DNA of 64,000 nt, taken from assembly GCF_963921235.1 (NCBI RefSeq), contig NC_086097.1:123754001-123818000 (forward strand), written 5' to 3'. Below are positions 63,710-64,000 of the stretch, piece by piece (position 1 is the first letter of the stretch; the number at the start of each line of letters is the position of its first letter). The notes beneath the pieces are model-generated. The model ran no database searches. It was given only the letters and a program-made list of their open reading frames with translations, and was not told where the DNA came from. Both the position numbers and the translations under genes were made by a program. Source of the stretch: Mobula hypostoma (lineage: Eukaryota).

Positions 63710-64000
63710 GAGCGTCATAGAACACTACAGCAGAGAAACAAGCATTTTGACCCATCCTAGTCTGTGCCAATCTGTTATTCTGCCTAGTCCCATCGATCTG
63801 CCTGTACCCAGACCATAGCCCTCCATACCCAACACATCCATGCACCGACCAAAATTTGTCTTAAACATTGAAATTGAAACCACACCATCACTCCTGCTGG
63901 CAGCTCATTCCACACACTCACCTTCTGAGTGAAGAAGTTCCCTTCATGTTCACCTTTCATCCTAAAGCCATGACCTCTAGTTCTAGTCTCATCCAACCTC
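63710..64000 (-). mobile_element. CR1 LINE 3' fragment (runs off window end)
   Basis: ORF 63784-63996 contains ETRTRGH..FFTQKVSVWNELP. Confidence 0.8.

Overview
Eukaryotic, repeat-rich vertebrate genomic DNA. The repeat complement (Penelope with hammerhead pLTRs, CR1, Rex1/Babar, L1, tRNA-SINEs) suggests a cartilaginous fish, probably a ray; this is inference. The + strand carries six internal coding exons of TMX3 (thioredoxin-related transmembrane protein 3) at 38903-63285. They match human exons 10-15 in translation and, as I recall them, in length (99/58/54/57/130/69 nt). No earlier TMX3 exon was found, so 1-38902 is probably part of one intron longer than 38.9 kb. Most of the window is transposon debris: 2 Penelope copies, a near-full-length L1, a near-full-length CR1, an IR/DR-type Tc1, Tigger-like elements, SINEs, a Gypsy fragment and probable solo LTRs. 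The main unexplained signal is on the - strand inside that large intron: non-repeat, acceptor-preceded segments that look like diverged paralogues of a small, probably secreted ~130-aa protein I do not recognise. There is an open two-exon model at 9470-9439 + 3155-2777, an open ORF at 27519-27019, and possible decayed copies near 11.6, 17.6, 32.8 and 38.4 kb. Other points are minimal hammerhead ribozymes in Penelope ends, a ~550-bp inverted duplication fused to a LINE 5' end, and a ~250-bp hairpin. All alignments were done by eye, and repeat boundaries are approximate.
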